Below, in pieces: positions 17,280 through 30,688 of a DNA stretch of 64,000 nt (position 1 is its first letter; every line of letters starts with the position of its first letter). The translations under genes and the position numbers were made by a program. The stretch comes from Octopus vulgaris. Taxonomy: Eukaryota. The notes below the pieces were generated by a model. The model made no database searches. It was not told where the DNA came from and worked only from the letters and a program-made list of their open reading frames with translations. Location of the stretch: assembly GCA_951406725.2 (NCBI GenBank), contig OX597822.1, positions 102,424,001 through 102,488,000 of the forward strand. Direction: 5' to 3'.

Positions 17280-17678
17280 TCTCTCTCTATATATAAAGCT
17301 GAAGTTGTCAGTGTATGGCAGGTTTGGTAGCCTTCAACTAACACTATCTCCTCCGAGACCCTGCGGCGCAAGTTGACCAAAATTGAGAGTATGATAGAAG
17401 AAGGCTTGCTCTTCCTTCCGTAGAAGAAAAAATTCAAATCGGACCATGTTAACACCAAAAATTATTTACATCAAAAAGGTGCTTTTTTCTATGAAAATCC
17501 CTATTTTTATGATTTTTTTTACTGCTGTGTCGCCATTTTTCGGTGTATTTCAAACAGAAAAATGTTCACTTAAAGAGAATAGCAAGCTACATAATGCAAA
17601 ATTTTTACTTTTCAAAAATTCCAATTCTAAAGGGTCGAAAAGAAAACAAGCCCGAGCAACGCTGGGCTATAATGTTAG
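17280..17678 (+). mobile_element. Non-autonomous Helitron (family H1)
   Basis: A|TC start, subterminal hairpin GCCCGAGCAACGCTGGGC, TTAG|T end. Second copy at 33514-33890. Confidence 0.75.
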
Positions 17679-17828
17679 TTATAGAAAATTCTGGTTGTTC
17701 GAAAGAATTTTAAAAGACCCGTTCTTATTTTATTATCTTCATATCTTTCTCTTTTCTTTTTATCTTGGGCGATATACAAAACATCATCTTCTATAGGACC
17801 ACCACATTTAGTTGACAAATATATTTTA

Positions 17829-18228
17829 CTAGCAGCATAGCCCGGTGTTGCCCGGGTATGTAAGAGCCCCTAGTAGACAACGACTAATCCCAATCTAGTT
17901 CTTTCCCTCTAGGGAACGAAGGCGGATGTATAGGTTGCAATGTCTTCTCTTCACTCGAATACTTCTATGTATACGATGTTCCTAGCTGTCTCTCGACAGA
18001 AAATGTGTTGCATATAAAAAGCTTAGATTCTCGACCCCATGTCGAATTTATCGATTTTTTTCAGAATTGGGGGAACTTTTCAAAATTTTCGCTGCGTTAG
18101 TTTTGAATTATGACATTGGGCTATGTGTGTGTCAAGTTTCATCAGAATCGGTTGAAAGCCGTGGTCAGGGTGACGGTACAACCTGACAGACACACATACA
18201 GACAAACTGCCGTTTATATATAGAGAGA
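17829..18228 (-). mobile_element. Non-autonomous Helitron
   Basis: Minus strand: TC start, 5' TGTC repeats, CCCGGGCAACACCGGG hairpin, CTAG end at an A|T site. Confidence 0.75.
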
Positions 18229-18712
18229 TGAATAAACAGATAGGGATAAATAGTTAGACAAATAAATAAATGGATGAAAAAGTTCAAAATTTAAAATTGG
18301 GGGAGGGGTGAAATTTGGGCCCCTCATTAACTTTATAACATTAATTATTAAACATTAATGTTTGTTTCTCATAAAATGGTGTATATTTAATTTACATTAA
18401 ATTATTATTTACGATTATTTAAGGCAAACACAAGTAAAATGCAAATTCTTTTCACTTCAATGCTTTTGTCTGTATCTAATTTCAATTTGCATATGTTCGT
18501 CAATAAGCCACAATCTCTTTAAAATAGACAAAATCAAAATTTTAAATGGTGCGGGGAGAGGTGGATGTACGGTGAAATTTAAAAGAATTTTTTTTTGCAT
18601 ATTCGTAATCTCCGACATCTAAAACGTAGGATTCTGAAAAAAAATTTTCCCCCAAAAATGCATTTTTCAAGGAGAGGTGCAATTCTGCATTAGCCCCCAT
18701 TCTCATAGCATA

Positions 18713-19112
18713 TCTTCTTTATAAAAGTAAGGTTGTGTGCTGTCTGTCTCCTACGATTTAGATTCCTAACTACTCCCACATTTTGCGGTGCAGTTTAACC
18801 AAAACCGGGTATCTTATAGTCGTGATTCATATCGAGCCCTTCTGGGTATTAGCGCGCATCTACGATGAGTCTACGATTTAAAAAAAAATTTACCATCATT
18901 TTTTTTCCATTTTAATGCATTTTTTCGCTATTATATAAGGGAAGTAACTCTCTAAAAATGTCTACGATGTGTCAACAATTTAAAAACAAATTTACCATAA
19001 TTTTTTTTCCATTTTTAATGCATTTTTTGCTATTTTTTGGATATAACTCTCTAAAAATGTTTATATAGTTATTTCCCTTACAAACCCGAGCAACGCCGGG
19101 CGATACTGCTAG
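18713..19112 (+). mobile_element. Non-autonomous Helitron (family H2)
   Basis: A|TC...CCCGAGCAACGCCGGG...CTAG|T. Second copy at 40995-41393 (-). Confidence 0.82.
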
Positions 19113-19155
19113 TATGTAATACAATGGAACACAAACTTCAAAACTAATGAGTATA

Positions 19156-19197
<42 letters not shown>

Positions 19198-19262
19198 TTA
19201 GTTTATTTATGTTTCTATACGTAACCATACAAAGTTCAAAATTACACAGGATTACATTAATT

Positions 19263-19678
19263 GGATCTTTTCGGTTTGAACGGCAGTTTTTTCTAGCAAT
19301 GTCATATGAAATTGTCACCCATAATTATGACCCTAGTATCGATCTATTGCATTTCAATCTGTTTTAGGGTTAGGGGTGGGGAGAAGGGTATCCTTTTTCT
19401 TCACAAATGTAAATAAATCCAATCTGTTTCTTAAACGAGGGACATATTCATACAGCACAGAATGTTTTTTTTTTACCTCAATAGACGCCATTGATTGGTT
19501 GAAATTGCAGAAATTGAAGAAAAAAAAAACAACAAATATCTTACAAACTATAGAATTTTCTCAATAAAGCCAAGAGAAAAAGATGTTTTATAAACACATT
19601 CTACCAGTATACGAAGTTTAAAAGTGTTTAGTTACCTAGAAATTATGTTAAAAACTGCCATTCAAACCGAAAAGATCC
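19263..19678. mobile_element. MITE with GGATCTTTTCGGTTTGAACGGCAG TIRs (Merlin-like GG...CC ends)
   Basis: TIRs of about 24 bp or more. Flanks CATTAATT and TATTAATG could be a decayed 8-bp TSD. Confidence 0.8.
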
Positions 19679-19970
19679 TATTAATGGCGTATTCATGCAG
19701 AGACTTATTATTTCTTTTTCTGGCAACGTCTACACATTCTCTATCTCTGTCTCACTTTACCACCTGAAACGGAAAAAGATCTTGAAGGCAAACTTCACCG
19801 CCTTAGTAAAATTCTTCAAACATTACGGTATTGACAAGTATTTGTAAATATTATTAATTTACCTTCCTTTTATATTTAGCTTTCTTTAAACAGACAATAT
19901 TATCAAGCTTTCTCTCAATAGACAATATTTTAATTCTATGACTTAAAATTTTTTACTTATTTACTTATCT

Positions 19971-20373
19971 GGATCTTTTCGATTTGACCGGCAGTTTTTA
20001 AAAATAATTTCCACGTAACTAAAAAATGTTAAACTTTGTATACTGGTAGAATGTGTTTATAAAACATCTTTGTCTCTTGGCTTTATTGAGAAAATTCTTT
20101 GGTTTGTAAGATATTTGTTGTTTTTTCTTCAATTTCTGCAATTTCAACCAACCAATGACATCTATTGAGGTAAATAACATTCTGTGCCGTATGAATATGT
20201 CCCTCATTTAAGAAACAGATTGGGTTTATTTACATTTCTGAAGAAAAAAAGATACCCTTCCCCTAACCCTAAAACAGATTGAAATGCAATAGATCGATAC
20301 TAGGGTCATAATTATGGGTGACAATTTCATATGACATCGCTAGAAAAAACTGCCGTTCAAACCGAAAAGATCC
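19971..20373. mobile_element. Second, inverted copy of the same MITE
   Basis: Same TIRs; the internal sequence is the reverse complement of 19263-19678. Confidence 0.8.
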
Positions 20374-20734
20374 CAATATTTTAATTGTATGACTTAAAAA
20401 TTTCTACTTATTTACTCATCTTATAAGTCAAATGAAAATGCTGTTGTTAAGAGAAACAAAGAGAGAGAGAGAGAGAGTGAGAGAGAGAAAGAGAGTGTGT
20501 GCGTGCATCTGTAGATAGCTGCAGAGTGAAAGAGAGCGAGGCAGTGTTCATCAAAAAAGTGAAAAAGTTTTTGTTGAGAGAGAGAGCGAGAGGCACTGTT
20601 TGATACCACTCCCTCTCTCATTATCATTACCATTTTGTCTTGTCTCCTTTTTCAGTCTTACTTAACTCTGCTACTCCCTCATTGCATGATTTTTAACAAA
20701 CTTACAAACAAGCTCGTTATTATAATAGTTTGTT

Positions 20735-21120
20735 AAGATGGCGCACTGGCAGAATCGTTAGCGCACTGGATGAAATGCTTAGCGATATCTTGTCCGTCCT
20801 TACATTCTGAGTTCAAATTTCACCGAAGTCAAGTTTGCCTTTCGTCCTTTCGGGGACGATAAAATAAGTACAAGTTGAACATTGGGGGTCAATGTAATCG
20901 ACTCATCCCCTCCTGCAGAACTACTGCCCTTGTGGCAAAATTTGAAGCCATTACCATTGATGCTTTGTGGTATCTTGCCTGTCGCTATGTTCTGAGTTCA
21001 AATTACACCGAGGTTGACTTTGCTTTTCATCCTGTAAGTACCTGTAAAACACTGGGGTCAATGTAATTGACTAGTCCCCTCCCCACAAATATCAGGTCTT
21101 GTGCCTTTAGTAGAAAGGAT
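20735..21120 (+). mobile_element. Diverged tRNA-derived SINE family S2 copies
   Basis: Similar to 48478-48710 (GAGTTCAAATT B box; TTTGCCTTTC.TCCTTTCGGGG). Confidence 0.7.
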
Positions 21121-21700
21121 TATTATTATCATTATTATTATCATTGAGTGAGAGAGCAGTTCATGCCATCAAAGTGACACTGGGGTAAAATATACGAAGC
21201 CCAATATACCCATCATGACTACCCGTCTGATAAGGGTACACCAGGCACATGCATCACAACCATATGTGTGCAACATGGTGATCTCATATCAAGGTAAACA
21301 GCGCATGACCTTGCAGGTAGGGCCCAGTTAGAATTTTCTTCAGGTTGAGTAGCCCATCCCGCTCAAAAGGTCCCTGAATAAGGGTTGTTTAAGGATGTTG
21401 AAAGAACCATCCATGTTTCCAGAGGTGAATTATTCAAACCCCAAAGAATCCCTCTCAACACATGGCTATGATGCTCCCCCACTACTTCTGCTCGTGATCA
21501 GAGATGCACATATCGTCAACCACTAAGGGACATGCTCAACTGGTTAAGGTCAAACAACTGACAAGCAAATCTGTGGTATTGAGCAGAATATTTGCTGTTG
21601 CCCATCTTTTATACCAAGACAAAACAATGTACATGATAACACTTCCAATCAGTTAAGATCAGAAGCCATGAGAGCCACTGCCTGGTACTGCATCAGGGTA

Positions 21701-21774
<74 letters not shown>

Positions 21775-21785
21775 GGTGGCAGCAG

Positions 21786-21995
21786 TGGCGGTGAGCTGGC
21801 GGAATCGTTAGCACGTCGGGCAAAATACTTTGCAGCATTTTGTCCATCTTTACAGTCTGAGTTCAAATACCACTGAGCTCAATTTTGCCTTTCAACCTTT
21901 CTGGGTCGATAAAATAATTACCTGTTAACCACTGGAGTCAATGCAATTAACTTACCCCCTCCCCTTAAATTGCTGGCCTTGTGCCAAATTTTGAA
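21786..21995 (+). mobile_element. SINE family S2 copy
   Basis: GGCGGTGAGCTGGCGGAATCGTTAGC head, GAGTTCAAAT, and the shared central domain. Confidence 0.72.
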
Positions 21996-22027
21996 TCTAT
22001 TATTATTATTATTATTATTATTATTTA

Positions 22028-22286
22028 CATGGATAATAGTTTGCAATCATGATTCTAACTTTAATGATAATAATAATAATAATAATTAATTAATTCTTTT
22101 TATTGGCCACAAGGGCTGACACACATGATTAATAAACATAAAGGGACAAAACCGGACAAAAGGTTACAAAGGGTTTTTTTTTTTTCAAAAACGGACAAAA
22201 CCCTTTGTAACCTTTCGTCCTGTTTTGTCCGTTTATGTTTATTAATCATGTGTGTCAGCCCTTGTGGCCAATAAAAAGAATTAATA

Positions 22287-22339
<53 letters not shown>

Positions 22340-22373
22340 AAGTTAGAATCACGATTGCAAACTATTATCCATT
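22028..22373. repeat. Long fold-back inverted repeat, arms about 150 bp
   Basis: 22028-22178 is the reverse complement of about 22197-22373, with a variable (TAA)n tract. Confidence 0.88.
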
Positions 22374-22991
22374 ACCATGGTTTGTAAGACTAAAGTAACA
22401 GGAAAGAGTTGGTCTACCATCATACAAGACGTCCTTTATACATTCAGGAAAGGAAGACTTGACCTTATTTCCGCTGTATTAGGCTGCAGTCTGACTTATT
22501 TGTGGTGAGAGATAAGGACATGTTTTCTCCAGTAGCTGTCTCAACCTCTGCAATTGTTCTTGGCGAGCTTTTGCCTTAATCCTACGAAAAGCTGGGTGGG
22601 GGAAGGTCATTAGACCGTGTTCGATTAAGTGTGCTAGAAGAAGATCTGTAGAGAAATTCAGTAAACACCAGAACATAAGCGGGTAAGACAGATGAAAATA
22701 TATAAAAATCAAGAATTCTAAAATTTAAATTCTTGATTTTTATATATTTTCATCTGTCTTACCCGCTTATGTTCTGGTGTTTACTGAATTTCTCTACAGA
22801 ACTTTCTTTTCTTTGTAGTTAGATCATATGGGATCTTCTTCTAGCATATCGGTTATCCACCTAGTGGTTATCCCTAAATATATATATAAACACTGCCAGA
22901 TCTGACTGGCCTGGTGCAGCCTTCGAGCTTCCCAGACCCCAGTTGAACCGTCCAACCCATGCTAGCATGGAAAGCGGACGTTAAACGATGA

Positions 22992-23038
<47 letters not shown>

Positions 23039-23075
23039 TCTGTAAATGTAATATGTGACAATTATTCGGTAGCCA

Positions 23076-23138
23076 AGACAAAACTCAGAGGTTCAGATGC
23101 TGAGGTGGAAATCCACACCACCATCTCTTCAGTTATCC
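23076..23138 (-). ncRNA. Degenerate type I hammerhead-like motif in the loop of an inverted repeat
   Basis: GGAUAA-CUGAAGA-GAUG...CAUC-U-GAAC-CUC U GAG-UU-UUGUCU. Flanked by inverted arms 23037-23066 and 23156-23184. Confidence 0.5.
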
Positions 23139-23253
23139 GGCCATCGGAAAAACCTAATAATTGTCACATATTACATTTACAGATAAATTCCTCTATTTAC
23201 ATAATATCGAGGTCTCTTCTTTCTTTTGTTATCTTACCATTTTTATCAATATA

Positions 23254-24291
23254 CTAGCATTAAAGACCCGTCGTTGCCGGGTCATAGTGCTAGTGCATGT
23301 ATATATGTGTATATATATGTGTACATATTACATGTACATCTATATATATATATACATCTACACATAAAATACAAAATACAAAGTTATATCTTGATATCGC
23401 TAGTGATAACAATACTCAAAATATATAACAGACTGGATTTGTTAGCCCGTCTCTTGTAATTTCGATCAATTGTATCTTGTCCTCCCTCTTGTATAGAAGT
23501 GTGGCTACAATCCAGCCTACCTCTACTTCGGGGGGTGGGGGGAATTTTTAATTCTTTTCCGGGACGTCCTACGTCCCAGATATAAAGGTAAAAATAAAAT
23601 ATTTCCACTTTGCAAGTTCGAGTCAAGTACTCCCTTGCACGCTCCGTTGACTCGAACCTTGCTTCTATTGTGGCGAATTTACCGTCTCTGATTAGATACC
23701 TTTCATAGTCGCACCAAGACACTTTTCGAAGGTGCTTTCCCCCATGTGTTCAAATCTTTTTCTCTACATTGTATACTTTATAGACAATAGTCTTTTCTTT
23801 ATTTTAATTTTTTATTATCCATCTGGACTATTCCATTTCTGCACGCTAATTTTATTTTTAATTTATTCCCATTCATGTGAAACCACTTATTCAAGTTCAA
23901 GTCATTGATGCAATTTTATACCAATTGCTATTTTTACTTTTGTTATGTTACGATTATATTATACTTTAGTTTGATTTTAATTATTACTTACTACATATAA
24001 TTCAATTGTTATTATTATTTTTATTGTTAAAGTGAAAGTATCTGACATAAAATAGAGAAATGTTTTTGTTTCACTTTTAACATGTAATACTGAAATAGTG
24101 GAGAAGATATGATATTGCTATGGGCTTGCTGTAGGCAAGACGTTGAACATTTTTTTTGCCCATGAAACTACATGGACCCTAAGTAAGGCATGTGTAAAAT
24201 TTGAATGAAATTGGTTGTGTAGTTCTCAAGTTTTAGGGAAACACACAGACAGACAGACAGACACACATTCTCAGTTTTATATATATAAAGA
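23254..24291 (-). mobile_element. Non-autonomous Helitron, about 1 kb, with internal captured sequence
   Basis: Minus strand: TC start, (TGTC)n, GACCCGGCAACGACGGGTC hairpin, CTAG end. Confidence 0.75.
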
Positions 24292-24314
24292 TATATATAT
24301 ATATATATATATAT

Positions 24315-24546
24315 ATTTCTTTACTACCCACAAGGGGCTAAACACAGAGGGGACAAACAAGGACAGACAAAGGGATTAAGTCGACTACATCGACCCCAGT
24401 GCGTAACTGGTACTTAATTTATCGACCCCGAAAGGATGAAAGGCAAAGTCGACCTCGGCGGAATTTGAACTCGGAACGTAACGACAGACGAAATACGACT
24501 ACGAATTTCGCCCGGCGTGCTAACGTTTCTACCAGCTCGCCGCCTT
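24315..24546 (-). mobile_element. SINE family S2, complete copy
   Basis: Closely matches the reverse complement of 48478-48710. Confidence 0.88.
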
Positions 24547-24548
24547 TT

Positions 24549-24571
<23 letters not shown>

Positions 24572-24579
<8 letters not shown>

Positions 24580-24882
24580 ATCACGTGACCGACCAGACCA
24601 TCAGATGTTTTACACATCGCTGGTCACAATGCGTTCGCATTGTTTTAGCCTTCGAATGATGAATGACGCCACCCCACTGGCTAAGCGAGCAGGCCAACAG
24701 AAGAAAGAGTTGGAGAAAGGGTGATGAAAGATTACAGCAGGGATCACCACCCCCTGCCAGAGCCTCGTGGAGCTTTTTAGGTGTTTTCGCTCAATAAACA
24801 CACACAACGCCCGGTCTGGGAATTGAAACCGCAATCCTGCGACTGCGAGTCCGCTGCCCTAACCACTAGGCCATTGCACCTC

Positions 24883-24884
<2 letters not shown>
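24572..24884 (-). mobile_element. tRNA-derived SINE family S4
   Basis: Matches the reverse complement of 31904-32205; A-box TGGCCTAGTGG. Confidence 0.85.
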
Positions 24885-24961
<77 letters not shown>

Positions 24962-25371
24962 ATGTGTGTGTGTGTACATATATGTGTATAGATAGATAGA
25001 TAGGTTTTTAGGTAGATAGATAGGTAGGTAGGTAAGTAAGTATGTTTATTGGTTTATTGATTGATTTGATGATTTTTAATTGGTATGTTAAACACCTATT
25101 CATGGGAGTTCATGCACTACTAAATGCGTTTCAATCAATAAATGACTCTTGCCATGCTTTTGTAATTGTCGTTAAAATATTAAGTTGTTTACTCACTTGT
25201 TAGTGGATGAACAAAAGGGAAAGGAAATTATCAAAAGCGGTTGAGCAAAAACAAACAAGCAGTGTGAGTCATGGTGGTGGTGATGATGAAATATAGATGT
25301 ACTGGCAGAATCAAAGGAAGGTGGAAGAAGTAACAAATAAAAGGAAACGTGTTAGTAGGGTAATGAATTTG

Positions 25372-25782
25372 TCAATAAAAGTTGTCAGAAAGTGGAATTT
25401 TATTTAGCTCTGATACAGCATTCTCTGCAAACATTATCCTCACTATTACCTGGCATGCAGGTGAAATTACAGTTTCAGCGATTGTATGAGGTTTCATTTT
25501 TCTTGCAACTATCTCCGCCACAGCATAACTTGCTTCTTGTCCTTTGTCACTCAACTTGAACTTTTTGGCAAACATAGAAACTTGCCTTTTATTAAATGTC
25601 AATTCTCTTTTTAGAAATATTGTTCATTTTTGCCTGACAACTCTGGATGTTTAGTTGTTAAGTGTCGTTTCAGTTTGGCTGGTGCCATAGCACTATTAGC
25701 CAGCTTCTCCCCACAAACAGTACACAAATGTGAAGGGCAGTCTGGGTTTCCAATCCAAGTAAATCCCAGAGCTGTGTAGTTT
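25372..25782 (-). pseudogene. hAT (Charlie/Buster-like) transposase 5' fragment
   Basis: GFTWIG...[27 protein letters not shown] (BED-like), then ASYAVAEIVARKMKPHTIAE...IPLSDN. Frame disrupted. Confidence 0.85.
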
Positions 25783-26059
25783 TATACTGAGGAAAACAGT
25801 ATAAAACCCCCAGTAGACCTGAAAGACACACAGGAGAGGAAGTAGTGGCAGCTTGTAGACAAAATTAGGGCTTCAGAAAATGTTCAGCCTTTGTGTAAAA
25901 GGAAACAAACATATAAAAACAAAATCTCTACATAAACCTGATTGGTTCGTGTTTTAGCCACCTCCGGGTAGTGTGTTTAATTTGTTCACTGAACACCACC
26001 GCAAATTCCCCCTTGTTTATCAAAAATCCCCACTAAATCACAAAATAGTGGAGGAGGCT

Positions 26060-26390
26060 ATCATCATCATCATCATCATCATCGTTTAATGTCTGCTTTC
26101 CATGCTGGCATGGGTTGGACGGTTTGACTGAGGACTGGCGAGCCAGATGGCCGCACCAGGCTCCAATCTGATATGGCAGAGTTTCTACAACTGGATGCCC
26201 TTCCTAACGCCAACCCCTCTGAGAGTGTAGTGGGTGCCTTTACATGCCACCGGTACGAGGGCCAGTTAGGTGGTACTGGCACCAGCCATGCTCAAATGGT
26301 GCTTTTTATGTGCCACCTGCACAGGAGCCAGTCCAGCAGCACTGGCAACGACCTCACTCGAATGTGGTCTTTCATGTGCCACCAGTACTT
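26060..26390 (-). mobile_element. Repeat family S3, SINE-like, with (GAT)n tail and internal minisatellite
   Basis: Shared core GGTTGGCGTTAGGAAGGGCATCCAG. About 15 copies in the window, e.g. 22889-22995, 28225-28546, 34550-34800, 35880-36310, 36540-36930, 38272-38445, 39240-39672, 41955-42250, 42985-43347, 44200-44750, 58333-58530 and 63860-64000. Confidence 0.85.
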
Positions 26391-29300
26391 GGAAAGTTTT
26401 GATAAGTGTTTGGTGGAACACATTTGGTGTAATACACTTTGAAACCTTACCACAAAACCAGACAATTACAGCTCAAGCGTAATGTGAGCAAATTGATAAG
26501 ATGAATGAAAAAAAAAATTACAGAAAAATAGGTGCCTTCTGGTCAACTGAAAAGGTGTCCTTTTCCATCATGACTATGTCAGATCTTGTGGAGTCAAAAA
26601 GAAATACTACCTTACACACAGCACTGTTGTGTCATGCAGTGCTCTCTCTCCCTTGTGTGAAGCTTCCTATCTCGAACACACAGCAGCCAAACACCACAAT
26701 GCTGGAACTGTGAAGCGCGCAGTTCTATACAAAGATTTGTGTATTGTTTTCATAAACTTAAGGATTATATAATGTACAAGTATAAAGAAAAAATTAAAGG
26801 GGCTTCTTCACACATCTCTCCTTATCTACCCGCAGTACATGACCATACCATCACAAGCGTTTCTCTTGCATACCACATCTGATGCTTCTTATGTCCAGCA
26901 TGTCTCTCAGGGTGCTTACACTCTGTCATGCGTGCACACTGACATTATACATCCAGCGGATCATGTTAGCTTCATTTCTTTCAAGTCTACGCATGTCCTC
27001 TGCAGTCCGATGATGATAAACGATGATTATTATTACTATAATAATCTCTAACACATCATTGAAACTTTCTCCTTTACATGAGAGTGATTAACCAGTGGAG
27101 CTTTTGGATTTTTTAATCCCTGATGAGGACATGACATCCTCGAATTGACTATATATGTATATTTACTCCTTTTACTCTTACTCGTTTACTTGTTTCAGTC
27201 ATTTAACTGTGGCCATGCTGGAGCACCTGAAAGAAAGGAAATGGAAAATTATGGATGTATAAATAATTCATTTGTATGATATAAAGATGTTGAAATTTTT
27301 TATAAAAACAATACAAACACTCAGAGAGTGCAAACCTCCGCCAAGGCAACACCAACATCCTCTCAACAATTAGCCAGAGATAATTTTTAAAATGAGAATA
27401 CCTGAAATAAACTTGACTGCTCTCACAAACGAGAATACTAAAAATGAACCCAACCGTTCTCAAAAATTAAGTAAAAAGAGGGAAAATAATCCAGAACCCT
27501 CGTCCAGTACCAGATCAATCCCAAAATCTAATTAGTTCATGTAGATGGTACCCCGCTAATGAAGGGGACCCAGGATGAAGTGGTAAGGACCAATCTCAGA
27601 ATGTTAGGCCTAATAGAAGAAATGACAATGGACCAAGATGTCTGGTGATGTGAAGTTCTTGAGAAGACCCACCCACATCAACAAAACTGTGTTCTAGAAG
27701 CGCTGTGTATCCCACCTGCACTTAACGAGAAAATTTCTCGCACACTCTGCCACATTAAACCAAACTCTATCTCTACATCTCTTCCTCACACTTCCACTTC
27801 ATGCACTAGGATTACCTCCCACTCCCCAATCCTGTCCTCGTGGCCCTGTGCCACAGTATCACTGCTCTCTCTGCTAGCTTCTGACCTGTGTGTTCCACCC
27901 ACACCCTGTCTCACTGAATCATTTGCATATGCCCAGCACCTTGCCACCATCTCTATCCTGCTCTCTCCCACTCTCTCTCTCTCTCTCCTCCTGCTCTTCC
28001 CTCAGTTTGGGTAACTAGGTATTTCTTTTGCAGCAGCGCACCTGTTTCTCTCTTCATTCCTGATCTCTCTTTCTTCCCCCCCCCCCCCAGCTGGGTAATC
28101 TTGTACCTCCTCTACAGCAAGGCACCTGTTTTTGTCTCTGCCTCCCTATAACCTTTCATCAACCAACACAAGATCACCTCCTCCAATACCCCCGCCCTGT
28201 CCCAAAATAGTTTTTTTTTTTTTGTCTTACTAGTACATGGTGACCCTATCAGTGCTGGTGCACTTAAAAGCACCCGGTTCATACTGTAAAGTGGTTGGCA
28301 TTTGGAAGGGTATCCAACAGTAAAAACCTTTCCAAAATTGACCTCGCCTTTGCTTATGCCACATAAAAAGCACTAAGTCCACTCTGCTGAGTGGTTGGTG
28401 TTTGGAAGGGTATCCAGCTGTAAAAAATCTTGCCAAAACAGGAACAGTTACAGATGTCTGCTGCAGGCTTCTACCTGGCCAGCTCCTGGCAAACCATCTT
28501 GCCTATGCCAGTATGGAAGGCGGACATTAAACAATGATGATGATGATAAAATATATATATATAATCAATAATAATAAAGGGTAAAATTAATTAATTAATT
28601 AATAATTAATAATTTCACCAAGTAGTATTCAGTATGTTAAAAAGACCATTATTGGTAAACTTAAACAGTATATATTGTCTAGGACTTGTTTCTTACAGTA
28701 GAAGAAATAGCTAGTTCTTTGGCTGCTATTTCTAAAGTTCGGTGTGTGGTGAAGCAAATTTTTTGCCTAACCCTAATTATAATTATACTCATAATTATAA
28801 TAAATAAATAAATATATATATATATATATACAAAGTGAGATAGGGAGTATGAGTGTAACCCACTATGGGATATCATTTATCAAATCTGACTAATATGGGC
28901 ATAATGAGATACTCTTATCTACAGGCTGAAACAGCTGTAAGATCCATTTTATATGTATTATTCTTATGGTATTATCTTACTTATTGATGTATATTGTTTT
29001 ATTCTGTTGGATTTGGATGTTCCTATTTAATCTAAATAATTAGTTAATAAATTATATGAATTGGTATTATCTGGAAGTTGATGATTGAAAGAAATCTATT
29101 CCTCCATTTTCTTATTTTGTATATATATCTATATATGCATTGCAAATGGTTTTGTTAAGCAGTACTAATTTTTACAATTCTGTAAATAATAATAATAGAT
29201 TTTAAAATCTAAAAGTTTGTAGTGATCACTGTGCAATGACTAAAGAAAATAGTCTTATAACGAAGCATATAAGCCCTCAACAGAAAAAGCAGGTTTTCCC

Positions 29301-29660
29301 ATATGCATGGGCCTCAAACCCACACCTCTCTGTTTATGCAACCAAGTGTGCTACCGATTACACTAGCGAACCTACCTGCTTTTTCTGTCAGAATTTAAGA
29401 ACTATAATTAGTTCTTAGTTGTTTTTGTAAACAAACTATCATGTGCTTTTTATTGCCTTTAGTAATTGCACGGTGACCACCATAAGCTTTAAGCTTATAA
29501 AATACTATTATTATTATTATTATTTGCAGGATGGTAAAAATCGGCACCGCTTAGCAAAACCATTCACTGTAGAAGCACTGTAGAAGCACGATACAGAAAA
29601 AGAGTGATAAAAAGATTACATACACAAATATGCACACTTACTCACATTTTACTAATCATA

Positions 29661-30078
29661 TACTCTCTCTCTTTACTCTCTTTTACTTGTTTCAGTCATT
29701 TGACTGCGGCCATACTGGAGCACCGCCTTTAGTCGAGCAAATCGACCCCGGGACTTATTCTTTGTAAGACCAGTACTTATTCTATCGGTTTCTTTTGCCG
29801 AGCCGCTAAGTGACGGGGACGTAAACACACCAGCATCGGTTGTCAAACAATGCTAGGGGGACAAACACAGACACACAAACACACACACACACACACTTAT
29901 ATATATACATATATACGACAGGCTTCTTTCAGTTTCCGTCTACCAAATCCACTCACAAGGCATTGGTCAGCCCGGGGCTATAGCAGAAGACACTTGCCCA
30001 AGATGCCACGCAGTGGGACTGAACCCGGAACCATGTGGTTGGTTAGCAAGCTACTTACCACACAGCCACTCCTGTGCC
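29661..30078 (-). mobile_element. tRNA-derived SINE family S1 with a LINE-like 3' tail
   Basis: Matches the reverse complement of 57662-58067. Confidence 0.9.
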
Positions 30079-30632
30079 TCTCTTGTTATTGACTTAAATA
30101 ATCTTGATATTGTTTCTCTTTCACTCCTCTGACTTTTTCTTCCTTACTTTCTTTCTTTTTTACTTTCTTATTTTCTTTCTTTCTTCCCTTATCTTTCCTC
30201 TTTCATTTGACATTTCCTATCTTGTTAGCTCACTGTCGTTTTCTTTTATATTTAGACCTCTCTTTGTCTCTTCATATCAACACCTTAGTCTACCTTGCTA
30301 TTGTGTGTGTGTGTGTGTATGTGCGCATACATATAATTCACATGTACAGACATGTCTTTAGAAATTCAAATATTTAGAAATTCAAATATGTCGCAAACAT
30401 ACGAACTAACCCAGTTTAATTTCTCATTGTCTGGTACAAATACTTATGTATGTATGTGTGTGTGTGTTTGTGTGTATACATATATATACATATGCACACA
30501 CATATATTTACACACAGACACACACATAAACACATACACATGCACATATATATAGATATAGATATATAGATTGATAGATTAACAGAGATGTATACATATA
30601 TATGCTTATATATATATATACATGTATATATA

Positions 30633-30688
<56 letters not shown>

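Noticed and set aside
22376-22646. Possible minus-strand exon (TTTCTCTACAG acceptor, ATG|GTAATG donor)
   Set aside because: Both boundaries fall at fold-back repeat arms, and there is no recognisable protein or partner exon.
27115-27150. CUGAUGA-GGA...UCC-UC-GAAU hammerhead-like string
   Set aside because: The spacing is wrong, and there is no GAAA, stem III or convincing stem I.
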